From NCBI GenBank assembly GCA_030141605.1, contig JAQGDQ010000272.1, positions 62,001-126,000 on the forward strand: 64,000 nt of DNA. Direction: 5' to 3'. Position 1 is the first letter of the stretch; the number at the start of each line of letters is the position of its first letter. Shown piece by piece: positions 24,401 to 34,700 of this stretch. The notes beneath the pieces are model-generated. The model made no database searches and was not told the DNA's origin. It saw nothing but the letters and a program-made list of their open reading frames with translations. The position numbers were made by a program, and so were the translations under genes. The DNA is from Tubiluchus corallicola. Its lineage: Eukaryota > Animalia > Priapulida.

Positions 24401-27400
24401 GTTTGGGCTCATATCAGTTGGACCACAGATCAGCAGCATCATCGTTTCAAAAGTTCTTCGACATCTGACATGTCACGGGATGAACATATGGGCAGAGGTG
24501 GAAAAGGAAAAGCAGTGGGAAAGAAAAGCCGAGCAAAAATGGCGGCTTCCAGTATATATAGTGGCACCATTTGTTAGCTTGGTTCTGATTGGTCTAATCA
24601 CGTATTCGATGTACAGTTACGTGAAGACAAATAGAGCCTTGATGCGAAATGAATGGAAGATAAATGCAGATGAAATCGAAATTAGTAATCGGACAAAGTC
24701 AGCTTATTCCGGAAGCATAAAGTCCATTTTTAGCCGAGGAAAACTATCGGGACGTGATAGCTTGGCTAACTATTGCAACAACGATTTTACAGTTGCCAAT
24801 TACCTAGAAAACAGAGTTTTTCTAAGAGCCGTTAAATCAAAGACCGTGCCACATTTTTCAAGAGAAACAAAAAGGTTACTTCTGTGGATGAAAGACAGTG
24901 TACGCCATCCAAATGTACTGATATTTTACGGAGTGGCAGAAATTAAAGGTGAATGGAAATTTGTGTCCGATTTCTGTTCAAAGGGCAGTTTGGTCGATGT
25001 TCTTCAGGCTGACAAGTACTCCTTGGACAATTCATTTAAATTTGCTTTGGCGATCAATGTTGCTAATGGGTTGTTATACTTGCACAAATTGGGGATAATT
25101 CATGGTCATCTCTGTTCTGCTGTTTGTTTTGTTGACACACAATGGAACGTGAAAATCACAGATTGGGAATTCAACAAACTGAACAGTTATCAAAAGAGGA
25201 AGAAGAAATGCCAAGTGTTTCCAGAAAACCCATCTGCTGCTACCGAGTCATTCACAAATGAAATAAACAGGGAAAAGTTTTTCTTTTCACCCCAAAAGCT
25301 GAAAAGTGACCCTGACAAATATGCACCTACCAAAGTGGATGATATTTACAGTTACAGTATTATAACATATGAGATATTTACAAGGCAAGATGCGTATGAA
25401 GATATCCTAGAAACTATGACAGAACAAGAAGTTTTATATTCCATTGCAAAGAAAAAACTTCGTCCTCGAAAAACCAAGGATGTACCGGATACAGTATTTT
25501 CTGTGTTGGAAATGTCTTGGAAGGATGAGCCATCAGAACGCCCTAATGCCTCCCAATTGCACAAGAAAATGAAACTTGCCAATCCTTCTAAAAGAAGCTT
25601 AATGGATAGCATGATGCGGGCTGTAGAGTCTTACACACTGGAGCTAGAAGATCGAGTTAATGAAAGAACAGCTGAATTAGCGCAGCTCACAAGCAGCATG
25701 GAACAACTTCTAGGACGCATGCTTCCTCCAGACATAGCAGCTAAGTTAGCCAGAAATGAAGAAGTGCAGCCGGAATATTTTGAATGTGCTACTGTGTTTT
25801 TCTCGGACATTGTTGGCTTTACATCATTATCTGCAGCTTCAACACCATTGGAGGTTGTTAACCTGTTAAACGTATTATATACATTTTTTGATTCAGTGAT
25901 AGAAAACCATGATGTGTACAAAGTAGAAACAATAGGCGATGCTTACATGGTCATATCGGGTGCCCCAAAAAGAAATGGCAAGTCCCACATTGTTCACGTG
26001 GCAAATATGGCATTAGACATTGTTAATGGTATACAGGATTTCTGCATCCCTCATTTGCCTGATGAAAGACTTTTAATTAGGTGCGGCATTGCCACTGGAG
26101 CTGTTATGGCAGGTGTTGTTGGGCTGAAGATGCCTAGATATTGCATATTCGGAGATACGGTTAACACAGCCTCGCGAATGGAATCAACTTCCTCACCACA
26201 GAAAATTCAGGTAAATTATTTTTCTCTTTTCAATCTTTATCGTTTACTAAAATCCTTTATCTCGTTATAAGATTCTTGCTATATAAGTGCAAACCACACG
26301 CCACCATGACATTTTGTTTGCCGAAAAAGAGATTCCTGTTTGTGTTCATAAACTGGCATTGCAAATGCTGTGTGTGATTAACTATTTGATGGCACATTCG
26401 CTGTTTCAAATAACTTCTCCGGCATTTGAAATTTTATAAAGAAGATATGAAATGAACGTGCACTTAAAATATTTCATTATTTAAGAACAGAAAGTCGACA
26501 ATTTGGTCGTGATGCTGTGATTTATACCACTTCCCACAGTCTTGCTCTATGCATACCTAGATGCAAATAGTTGCTTATAAGTTAATTGTGTTCCCTCGGG
26601 CTTTTTATCGTGGAATTTTCTACTAGGAAAGTGTTGCAATCGGCTCACGAATGCCAACGTATGATTCTAGTTATGGCAACGAATTATACGTGCTGCCATT
26701 TCCATTTTTGATTCGCAATGCTTTTTTTTACAGCTCGTATTTCTTGACAATTCTTGATGACCTCGTATTTAGTCTGATCAATGTAGTGAATTCAAATCTT
26801 TGATAAATTTTATGTTAGATTTATTGGTTATATTATGACAGTTTTTCAACATACTGTAAATTGATTTGGAGAAGTCAGTGAATGACCAGGTGTTGAGTAA
26901 TGATAACAAAGAAAACAGATAGTCTGTACCTTCCTGGTTAAAAGCCATGTTACAGTATTCTATCATTATGACTTGTCTATCAGGGAGAACAAATTTGCCA
27001 AAAGAGTTAAAAAGCTGCAAAGCACTTGAACAGAAATTAACGAAATAACATTTTAAACTTGGGCGTTAACACTACGCGAAATGCAGATTATTATTGTTGT
27101 TACACTTTTGCAGATAACTGATTTTGCCAATGACATGCTGATAATGCAAGATGGACGCTATTTTACAGAATACAGGGGAGAGGTGGATGTGAAGGTAAAC
27201 TTGTGGATGTAACATCTTTCACTCCATGTTGTACCACATAAAAACATTTTGCTCTCTTTTCAATAACGACCATGCAACGACCACCTTTTCTCTTTTCTTC
27301 TTTCTTCTGTTTCTTCAATTTTCAGTGTGTTTTTTTTTGTTCAAGCCTCCCATGAAGAGAGTAAATAAACCGTTGTGTCTAGGTTTAAGTTAGATTAGAA

Positions 27401-27737
27401 GGCGCTGAGAGGTGTAGAAACAAGGAATAGTTTATGGACATTAGTTAAATCTATTAATAAACGCATTAAGCTTGTAATAAATAGTTCCATTGTTTTACAT
27501 TACTGTTTACAAAGTCTGTCATCTCGAGGTTCACCTGAAGGGACCTTTCACTTGTAAAGTTCACTGCACAAAGCTTAGCATGCCTGTACATTATTGTTAG
27601 AAAGTTACTCTTGAAACTTTGTCTTATAGAACAAATTAAGGTCAAATTGTGTATTTTATATAGCAATTTCTTTGTAGGGAAAAGGGAAGATGAAGACGTA
27701 CTGGTTGGTATGTAAACTACTCGCCCCCGTGGTCTAG
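7360..27737 (+). CDS. Receptor guanylyl cyclase with PstS-like phosphate-binding ectodomain, copy A (spliced, 991 aa)
   Basis: Exons 7360-7703, 12357-12516, 13463-13702, 23534-23696, 24283-26210, 27114-27194, 27678-27737. All introns are GT..AG with compatible phases (2,0,0,1,0,0), giving a 2976-nt open frame. Motifs: TLSGAGASFP, GSGTG, DYAGSD, RKDVSGTT, AYPISG (PstS-like); TM LPVYIVAPFVSLVLIGLITYSMYSYV; kinase-like HPNV..HGHL; FSDIVGFT, YKVETIGDAYM, PRYCIFGDTVNTASRMES, KGKGKMKTYWL (guanylyl cyclase). Confidence 0.92.
8975..9360. repeat. Degenerate (AGC/AGT)n trinucleotide low-complexity tract in copy A intron 1
   Basis: Runs of agcagc/agtagc; a shorter counterpart lies at about 38150-38310 in copy B. 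Confidence 0.85.
12357..12516 (+). CDS. Copy A coding exon 2 (PstS-like)
   Basis: tctcAG acceptor; AVVVVFNLG..LVGIYNGTIKWWNHSALQAANPQITLPFRRIK matches the PstS IYLGKIKKWDD..LNPGLKLP pattern; donor at 12517. Confidence 0.9.
12605..13135. mobile_element. Foldback/MITE-like element with about 130-bp imperfect terminal inverted repeats, copy A intron 2
   Basis: TTCCAACACTGTCATCTGCAACGT..GTCATGATCATGCAATTCTACCTAATAAAA (about 12660-12730) is the reverse complement of 13012-13081; absent from copy B intron 2. Confidence 0.7.
13463..13702 (+). CDS. Copy A coding exon 3 (PstS-like, RxDxSGT motif)
   Basis: cacAG acceptor; VIARKDVSGTTEIFTSALSAFSPEW..VAYVSHADAIE; donor at 13703. Confidence 0.9.
14063..14110 (-). 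pseudogene. Reverse-transcribed 3' half of a tRNA-Leu including CCA (extended primer-binding-site-like sequence)
   Basis: Minus strand TCGCAGTCTGGTTTCCTGGCGTGGGTTCGAATCCCACTTCTGACACCA: anticodon-stem 3' strand, long variable arm, T arm, acceptor strand and CCA; no 5' half. Confidence 0.8.
14111..14417 (-). mobile_element. Possible LTR fragment abutting the tRNA copy
   Basis: Minus strand begins TGTGGCG and ends CACGACA, contains CCAAT; its end resembles 14036-14062; no target-site duplication seen. Confidence 0.35.
14700..15085 (-). mobile_element. Non-autonomous DNA-transposon-like repeat (other copies about 30490-30910 and 31803-32920)
   Basis: Shared AAAGTTTCGTGGAAATC..AGTTTTTGC, ACAAAC runs, TAACCCTAA, and reiterated TGTGCCATTTTT subterminal motifs. 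Confidence 0.7.
15388..15439. repeat. (AT)n microsatellite
   Basis: Perfect dinucleotide run. Confidence 0.95.
16528..16699. repeat. Three tandem copies of a 56-58 bp unit
   Basis: CAGAGAGAAGTTGCGCAACAAGTTGCGAGAGAAGTCTCTA..TCTGAACGCGCCAT at 16528, 16586, 16644; inverted partial copy at about 16458-16482. Confidence 0.9.
18983..19105. repeat. Long imperfect palindrome (arms about 53 bp, 15-nt loop)
   Basis: ATACTTTTTTAACTAT..TGTGCATTTTGACT..TTTTTGAACCGG pairs with CCGGTTCAAAAAA..AGTCAAAATGCACA..ATAGTTAAAAAAGTAT. Confidence 0.85.
22740..23265. repeat. Diverged tandem array of about 140-bp units with a conserved 36-bp core
   Basis: Core RTCRWATGAAARRT..RATGAGRCRAAY..AATG at 22791, 22930, 23071, 23202. 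Confidence 0.75.
23534..23696 (+). CDS. Copy A coding exon 4 (PstS-like)
   Basis: tttcAG acceptor; SGLRIAPIESRTGEMVFPTPESVRQAA..NAYPIS; donor at 23697. Confidence 0.88.
24283..26210 (+). CDS. Copy A coding exon 5: end of PstS-like domain, TM, kinase-homology domain, coiled coil, most of the guanylyl cyclase
   Basis: Contained in ORF 24306..26270; ttccAG acceptor at 24281-24282, donor GTAAAT at 26211; canonical GC motifs. Confidence 0.95.
27114..27194 (+). CDS. Copy A coding exon 6 (cyclase C-terminal part)
   Basis: ttgcAG acceptor; ITDFANDMLIMQDGRYFTEYRGEVDVK; donor at 27195. Confidence 0.88.
27678..27737 (+). CDS. Copy A terminal coding exon
   Basis: tgtAG acceptor; GKGKMKTYWLVCKLLAPVV-stop. 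The TTG|GTATGT inside it could be an alternative donor. Confidence 0.82.
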   Translation, partial: GKGKMKTYWLVCKLLAPVV

Positions 27738-28429
27738 CACGCCAAAGCCACATGTAAGATGCTTGTGTGGAAAAATTTTGGATTTTGTTAAACTTTTGTA
27801 ACGATTTCGGTGTGATAGCGAGCGGGATTAAAATTCGTGAATCATTTTATTGCTATAAATTGTATTCAGGTAGATAAAAAGAAAAATTGTTATAATTGAT
27901 GATTTGTATGTGAAGCATGGTATATTGGTATCTTGTTATCTAAGGTATATTGGTTTCTCTGACCCTTATTAATGACGATAATAATTAATAGATGATAAAA
28001 TGAGTCTAATGAGTTCTGTCATGAAATCACACGTTTAAGATAAAAGGAAGAATATGTTGAAGTATGTTTCTTTTGTAAATCGCAACTCTAATATGCCCTT
28101 TCGTTGCTGAAACACTTTTTCTAGCACAATTACACATCCTTCAAAATCGTGGTTGACATGCAATTTTAGGGATCTTAAGCGTTTTTATACAACAAAGTGG
28201 TCAAGTCGCTGCTAGTGTAAAACTCTCCACTCCTAACGATTAGCATCTTGTAGAAGCAGACATGGCTAATGTTAGAGACTTAACTTTGAAGAGACGTAAA
28301 CAGTTTTTCGATTAAAAGCTTGATTTGAATGAACGTCTAAAGTTTGTTTGGTGATTAGTAATAATTCACGTCATCACTCTGTGCATTTGATTTCTTTAAT
28401 TACAAAGTGTTATAATTACAGTTCTGACA

Positions 28430-28685
28430 AAATTTGTCTAATATTTATCTAAAGTATGTATCTAATAATATGCAAACAAAGGTCAATATTTTTCCTGTTT
28501 AGCCCATAATCCTGCATGCCATGCAAGTACAACATGCAACATGCAATTTATTCACTTGATATCCCCGATTCTCTACGAATTAGTTTTAATAGGTTTATGC
28601 TGTCGTCTCATCATCTCAGGATCGTGACTGGTAGATGTGCCAGGCCACCCATTCCTCGTGAAAATAGAATATACAGGTATGACAA
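28430..28685 (+). mobile_element. LINE ORF2 C-terminal remnant downstream of the copy A stop codon
   Basis: RISFNRFMLSSHHLRIVTGRCARPPIPRENRI resembles the common RLSSHxLxIETGR..PRExR LINE tail; a partial counterpart at about 51370-51530 shows it predates the duplication. Confidence 0.65.
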
Positions 28686-29519
28686 TGTCTCTAATGTCTC
28701 TAGTCGCATGTTATTGTACTACTTCAGATTACCTGAGCCAATAGAATGGTCGCAAAATGTCAAGCAACCAGCGAGAATCCACAGCACGATGGCCAATCAG
28801 CACTTTAAGTGGCTGGCAAATCCACCTATATTCCACAACCCAAACGTTTACTCACAAACACCACCTGGTAAACGCATGAGCAGAATATACTTAAACATAC
28901 CAAATATAGGCCTACTGCAAGTGTGTGTGTGTGTACGTGATTAGTCTTTACTTAGACAAAGTGTATGCTTTGTATTTAAACAGAGTGCAAGAACTATGTG
29001 AATTAAAACCTGAACTTTGTGGTAAATTCTTGTCAGCAATTTTGAGAATCTGTGATCGATGTGTTGCTATTACTATTGTCAACAAAATACTTATACTACT
29101 AGGTTTATACTGCTGAATTTTCTACTAGATTCAAGATTTTCTTGATAGAAGTTCAGTTTTGTAAGTTACAAAAAGAAGCAGTAAAATGTTTGCGAACTGG
29201 TAATGACTGATTTTACTAACTAACAAACACTTTAGAATGTGTGTAAGAGTAATAATTTTCGCATATGTCCATTGCTTTGGATAAATCATAATAATTATTA
29301 TTGAACTATTTTAAACCTTTTTGTCTACCATTATTCTTTTGTACAGTTCATGCAACTAGGCATGTTCTTTTCCAATCAGCAAAAGTTGTTTTTTACTGAA
29401 ATTTTGTGTAAGATCGTCATTTGATTAATTTTAAACATTTACGATGCACAATTGTTATCATACTGTAGCAATTTGCCCAACAGTTTTGTAATTCACGAGT
29501 TTCCGAATTTTGTAACTGT

Positions 29520-29560
29520 AATAAATAATCTAATATACATTGTACATTTCTAATAAAACA
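29520..29560 (+). terminator. Candidate polyadenylation signals of copy A (paralogous site near 51860-51900 for copy B)
   Basis: AATAAA hexamers near the end of the A/B-alignable 3' region. Confidence 0.35.
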
Positions 29561-31409
29561 CTGTGATATTTACAAGCTACGATAATACCGTCTAGAATTC
29601 TCTTCTTCTTTACATGCAGCTCAGTAATTCATCATAGGCTTGTAGAAGGCGGCTCTGGGCTCTACCAGCAGTGATATTGCATCTATATGTGTCAACAACA
29701 ACAGGTTCAGCTGCAACAAAATCACTTTTTAGAAATTATTCTCTTGAGCTGAAAAATACCAATGCCAATTATTGACACTACACATTCTCACTGCAGTTTG
29801 TACACCAGGGCTAACAATTTTGTATCATTGACATTTTTGCGAATCTTTGTCACGTTCCTTTTTAAGGACAGATCAATGAATCCGGATACCGTTTCTGCGA
29901 CGGTATATAGTAATAACTGCAATTTATTTTAGAGTGAATTGTAATAATTTAGTTAATCTAAATTAAATTAGTGATAGCAATTTTATTGATATTGTGGTTT
30001 AAATATAGATTGCATATGATTAACCGCAAATCCCACACTCCAGAAGCCTCTAGTATATCATGGATGATGTAGAATCCTTTGCTTTAATTTCAACAATCTT
30101 TACATTAAGTTTGGCAATTACTTTAATAACTTGAATGGCAACTTTCTGAATGTTTCTGTCATTTTTTGCTTCAGTTACACTATCTTTGATAATTACATTT
30201 ACTCTAGGTCTTTTACATTATTGAATAAACTACTTATTGTATACATTCGTAACAAATCAATCCAAACATTTAAAACTTAAACAACTGCAAAATGATCTGA
30301 ACAAAATAAATTATGATGTTTGAGTTATATAAAATCATACATTACAGACCAATGGTTAGTCTTAAAAAAGTATTTAAATATCCATTCCACGACCACTATA
30401 TTGTCATTTCTGTCTCTTCTAATTTTATTGTCTTATCCGGCCACTACTTTTCATCCAAAATCCACACTATTTGTCCTCTTTTCCTCTTGTCCACAGACAA
30501 GACGGCCAATGGCCTAGCTGTGCTCAACTTCTCCACAAAGTTTCGTGGAAATCTGTCAAGTAGTTTTTGCACAATCCTGTTAATAAACAAACTAACAAAT
30601 GAACTGCTGATGAAAACTTCATCCTTGGTGAAAGTAATCGTAATCGTAACTGTAATCAAACGAACCGTAATTTGTGCGTAATACTGATAACTAACAGGCA
30701 AACAAGCAAACAAATAAATATACAAACAACAAACAAACTTCCTTCACAGAGGTAATAATAATTCAAACAATAACCATAACCCTAACTCATATTTTAGTAA
30801 GTATGCCATTTTTTCATTTGTGCTCTTTTCCCTGTGCCATTTTTACTGTGCCATTTTTCCTATGCTATTTTTCCTGTACCATATTTTTCTGTGCCAATTT
30901 TACCGTGCACCAGAAAAAACGACGAATTCGGGAATCCGTTTATCTGAACTTATTTGTTGATGCCACATGTACAGCTCTCCAATTTGAACAAATGAAAACA
31001 GACACAACTTGTAAAAAGGAATGTTTCAGTTACGTTTACGTTTGATCTATTCTGCTTTGTTGTTTTTATGTTTAACTGGCTAATGGTGGCACAAGATTTC
31101 TATTGCTTTAGTCGATGAACGATGCTAACTATAAAATTTGTTCAGAGAATTTGATAACCATCATAATATCTTTTGATGAAAACAGCCACTCATTCTAGTT
31201 TACTATCAGTTTATAGTACTGATACACTGTTGCCAAACACAACAATAATCTGTTTATCCAAAATACTATGCAATGAATGAGAGATGAGGCGTGAGAAGAG
31301 CTCTGCTGCTAACAAAAGATTCCTTATAATTATGTCTGAGATGGTCAAGTGTTATGGGTATCAAAAGTTCATTTTTGTTGCCTTAAATTACGAAATAGCT
31401 GTGACAACT

Positions 31410-31746
31410 GCCCATAGCTCAAGAGTTTATTATTCTCGATAATTAGTGATGTATTAAATATACGCCCTAACAGTTTTTTATTATTGTACTAATTTAGAAT
31501 CCTAACGCTCACTAGCCTATTCTACAATCATCCGATCCATCTGCGCAGGCATCTTATATAAAGCATCAGTTATTAAAATGTTTGCCGTCAGTGCTTCAGA
31601 CGATTTGGACACGTTAGCTGCTGCTAAACGCTTCAATAATCTTCTAAGCTATGTCTAAGGCGTGAATTTCGATAGGCAATAATTATGGTGGTTTATACAA
31701 CACTTAAACATCAACGTTTATCGGGTAGTCGGATTCTGAGGTGAGT
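31410..31746 (+). promoter_or_regulatory. Putative promoter and non-coding first exon of copy B
   Basis: CTGCGCAG (31541-31548), TATATAAAG (31555-31563), Inr-like TCAGT (31588-31592), donor AG|GTGAGT at 31741 that can pair with the acceptor at 37505-37506. Confidence 0.6.
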
Positions 31747-34700
31747 ACAATTTTTACAATGTTCTTTGTATTGTCTTTGCAATATTTTTAGCACTTACAG
31801 CAAGTGCGCTGTAAAAATGGCACAGGTAAAAATGGCACAGATAAAAATGTCACACTTAATAAAACAACAGTTTAGGGTTAGGATTACTATTAGCGATAAT
31901 TATTTTAATTATTTTTTACCTTTGCTAAGGAAGTTACATGGTTTCAACGATGTCTGTGTGTTTATTTGTTTATTTGTTTAGTTAGCAGCATTTAACAAAA
32001 CTGAATTCATGATTATGATTATATGATTATCTTCGTAAGGAGTTATATTTTCATCGCCGTTCGTTTGGTAGTTTGTTTGTTAAAATGATTACGCAAAAAC
32101 TGCTTAACAGATCTCCATGAAACTTTGTGGAAATGGTAGCCATTGGACAAGGAAGACGGACCTTGTTGCTGATGTTAAAAGCGGAGTTTTTTGTCATTTG
32201 TCGCGAAACTTGTTGACAGGACACCATTTAAAAAATCGTAAGTGAAGCATTTTGTGAGTTCCCGGAAGAAATCTAGCTTTCAGGAAAGAGGGAGAACTTA
32301 GCTACTATATAGGGTAATTATTTTTACAAATGCCTCCGCTAGGATGAACGACTGCAACTTAGTTCCAAGTTCCATTTTGAGAAATTCTCGTCTAGAAAAT
32401 TGTGCAACACAGTCTACAACCTTTGTTTACAGAATAGCCTTTTAAACTGACTTCATTATAGCCACTTAAATACGATGTATCTATCAGTCTATTAGTATTA
32501 TCATCGTTAAATGGTCAAAGAATTGTAGACAAACACTATGTAGAAGGTTCTTGAACTGTTGGTTGCAAGTCCATTTTGCGAACAAAATATTTTGTGTTTT
32601 TTTCACTAGTCTATTTAATATCTAATATGTAGGCCCTATTACATATGTAACATGTAACATTTAATTGTTCATGTAAGTCTATTTTTGTATGTTTGCCGCC
32701 AATTTGCCGGTTTCTCTTCTTCCGTTTTTTCTATCAAAAAAATCAGACAAACAAGTTTACGATTGTTTGGCTTTGGTGAAGGCTTCCTACTGAGTGCCGT
32801 ACTAGCTTTGATAGCCAGCATAAAATGATTAGTGTCAAAATAACATGTGCCATTTTAAACTACTTTTCCATTTGGGCCCTTTTTCTTGAGCCATTTTACC
32901 TGTCCGATTTTTCACTACATTCAGAAGAATCAGATAGTTTGTCATTACTTAACACATAATTTTTAGTCACAGATATATCGCCTTTAATGCATTCAGGAAG
33001 CCCCCTACGACTCTACAGCCATTTGAAATAAAATCTAACCCAGAATTGATCTCGCTACTCTGCCAAAGGCAGCGCTGAAATGCAGAAAAGCTATAAGGTG
33101 TATTTTCACGTTTGTTTTCCTACATTTAAACGCAAAGTAAAGACATGTTTTGCTCGGTTTCTTTTTTTCTTTCTTTCTGAAATCCCGTCTGATGAAAACA
33201 ATCTTTCAGCGTTTTGAAAACCAGTGCGCACTTAACGGAGGTACGCAGTCTTAGCGAGTTAGTATCAATTCAGGCATGTCACTTAGCTAAGACAGGTCTA
33301 AATGCACGTAAGCTAAGTGCACATAATACATTTTAGTCATAATGCCAACAGCTCGTTTTCCTTAAATCTTGTTTTACAGTGAATTTCAAGATAGGCTAAA
33401 AGAAAAGCTGAGGGCTGAGGGTTTGCTAAATAAAGATCATATTGTTCTGCCGCCAGGGTAATCATTATAACCCCTGGACGGTTCGAATCAGAGCTATCGG
33501 TGGGCGAGAAGCCTCTATTCGAATACCACATCCTAAAACGAGATTAGTAAACCAAACAACTGGGACACATTCACCAGCTTTGAAAGAGCGGCATAAGGCC
33601 TTACCAAAATGTTTTACTGGCTATTGTTGATGAATAAATGAGTAAAACTTGAAATTAGCAAACTGTTATTTTTATAGTGGATGAAACGTTATGATGAATC
33701 TTGAGTAGCTGACTAAACACAAAGAGTAAACTACCCTCGAGAGCTTACCAAACCCTCACATTTGCACCGAAACAGTTAAGAGACAAGTCCTGGGAGGGCG
33801 GGTGCAGGCTTGTCCTGTTTGGTGCTCAAACTCCAGCAACAACTGAACTCAAGGAAACAGAATACGGCACTTATGTTTATAGACTTTGCACAGGTCAAAT
33901 AGTATTTAAATTTGAGCCAATTAGAAGGCAGGATTTGTGAATTTTATGCAGGTAAGATTATTATATTTTGATTTACAGGGGTGTTTTACTTTAAAGCGGC
34001 TTTGAAATAACATACAGGCCCCATATCTGTTTCCCCGAGAGAGTGAAAGTTTGAACGCAAAACAGGACGAAGCTCAGTCCCGCAACAATATGTGCATGCG
34101 GGTCTTGAAGTGAGTCTTGAAGTTGAAGTAAGAAGTTGTGTTCTGAAGAACCTTCTAATCTGAAAATTTCTGGCTAACTTTTTCATTGCCAGGACAATAA
34201 CGTGTCATAATCTGTGAGAATCCAAGTAGTTATTAGTAGTAGGGATCGTATGGTCTTTATTTTGCCTTTTTAAAAACATCGACCTTCATAATCGTTTTTT
34301 TTATGACAAATAAAGAATTAATATATATATATGTATATATATATATGTATATATATATATAATAAAAAGACAGACAGTCAGTGTTAGTTCATAAAAAAGC
34401 ATGCACTGTTCTGGGCAAATGTGTCTGGTGCAAGCTAAATTATAAGTGCAACTAGAAATTCAAAAATAAAAGATAAACTGGAAACACGCAATGCACTATG
34501 ATAAAACTACAGAAATATTTTTCTCACTTCTAGTACACACACTTTGATGACCGAGCCCGCCCGCACGCACGCACACACTCACATACACACGCATACACAT
34601 CATATTATAGTCTAGTAAGGTCTAGGATAAATGAAATCATGATTTGAGTGAATATCATCATGTTTGTGTGTCGTTTATTCAAAACGTGATATTCCAATTA

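Noticed and set aside
7360-24545. Bacterial contamination as the source of the PstS-like sequence
   Set aside because: Spliceosomal introns, in-exon fusion to a metazoan-type cyclase module, and duplication with identical exon structure.
25352-25921. Antisense ORFs conserved in both copies (also 27466-27753, 48031-48552, 50340-50546)
   Set aside because: Shadows of the duplicated sense gene; no independent motifs.
24306-26270. Treating the 654-aa and 640-aa ORFs as complete single-exon genes
   Set aside because: Both are bounded by splice sites, lack a signal peptide and lack the KGKG..TYWL cyclase end found in downstream exons.
33470-33535. GGTTCGAATC B-box-like motif
   Set aside because: No cloverleaf or acceptor stem could be built around it.
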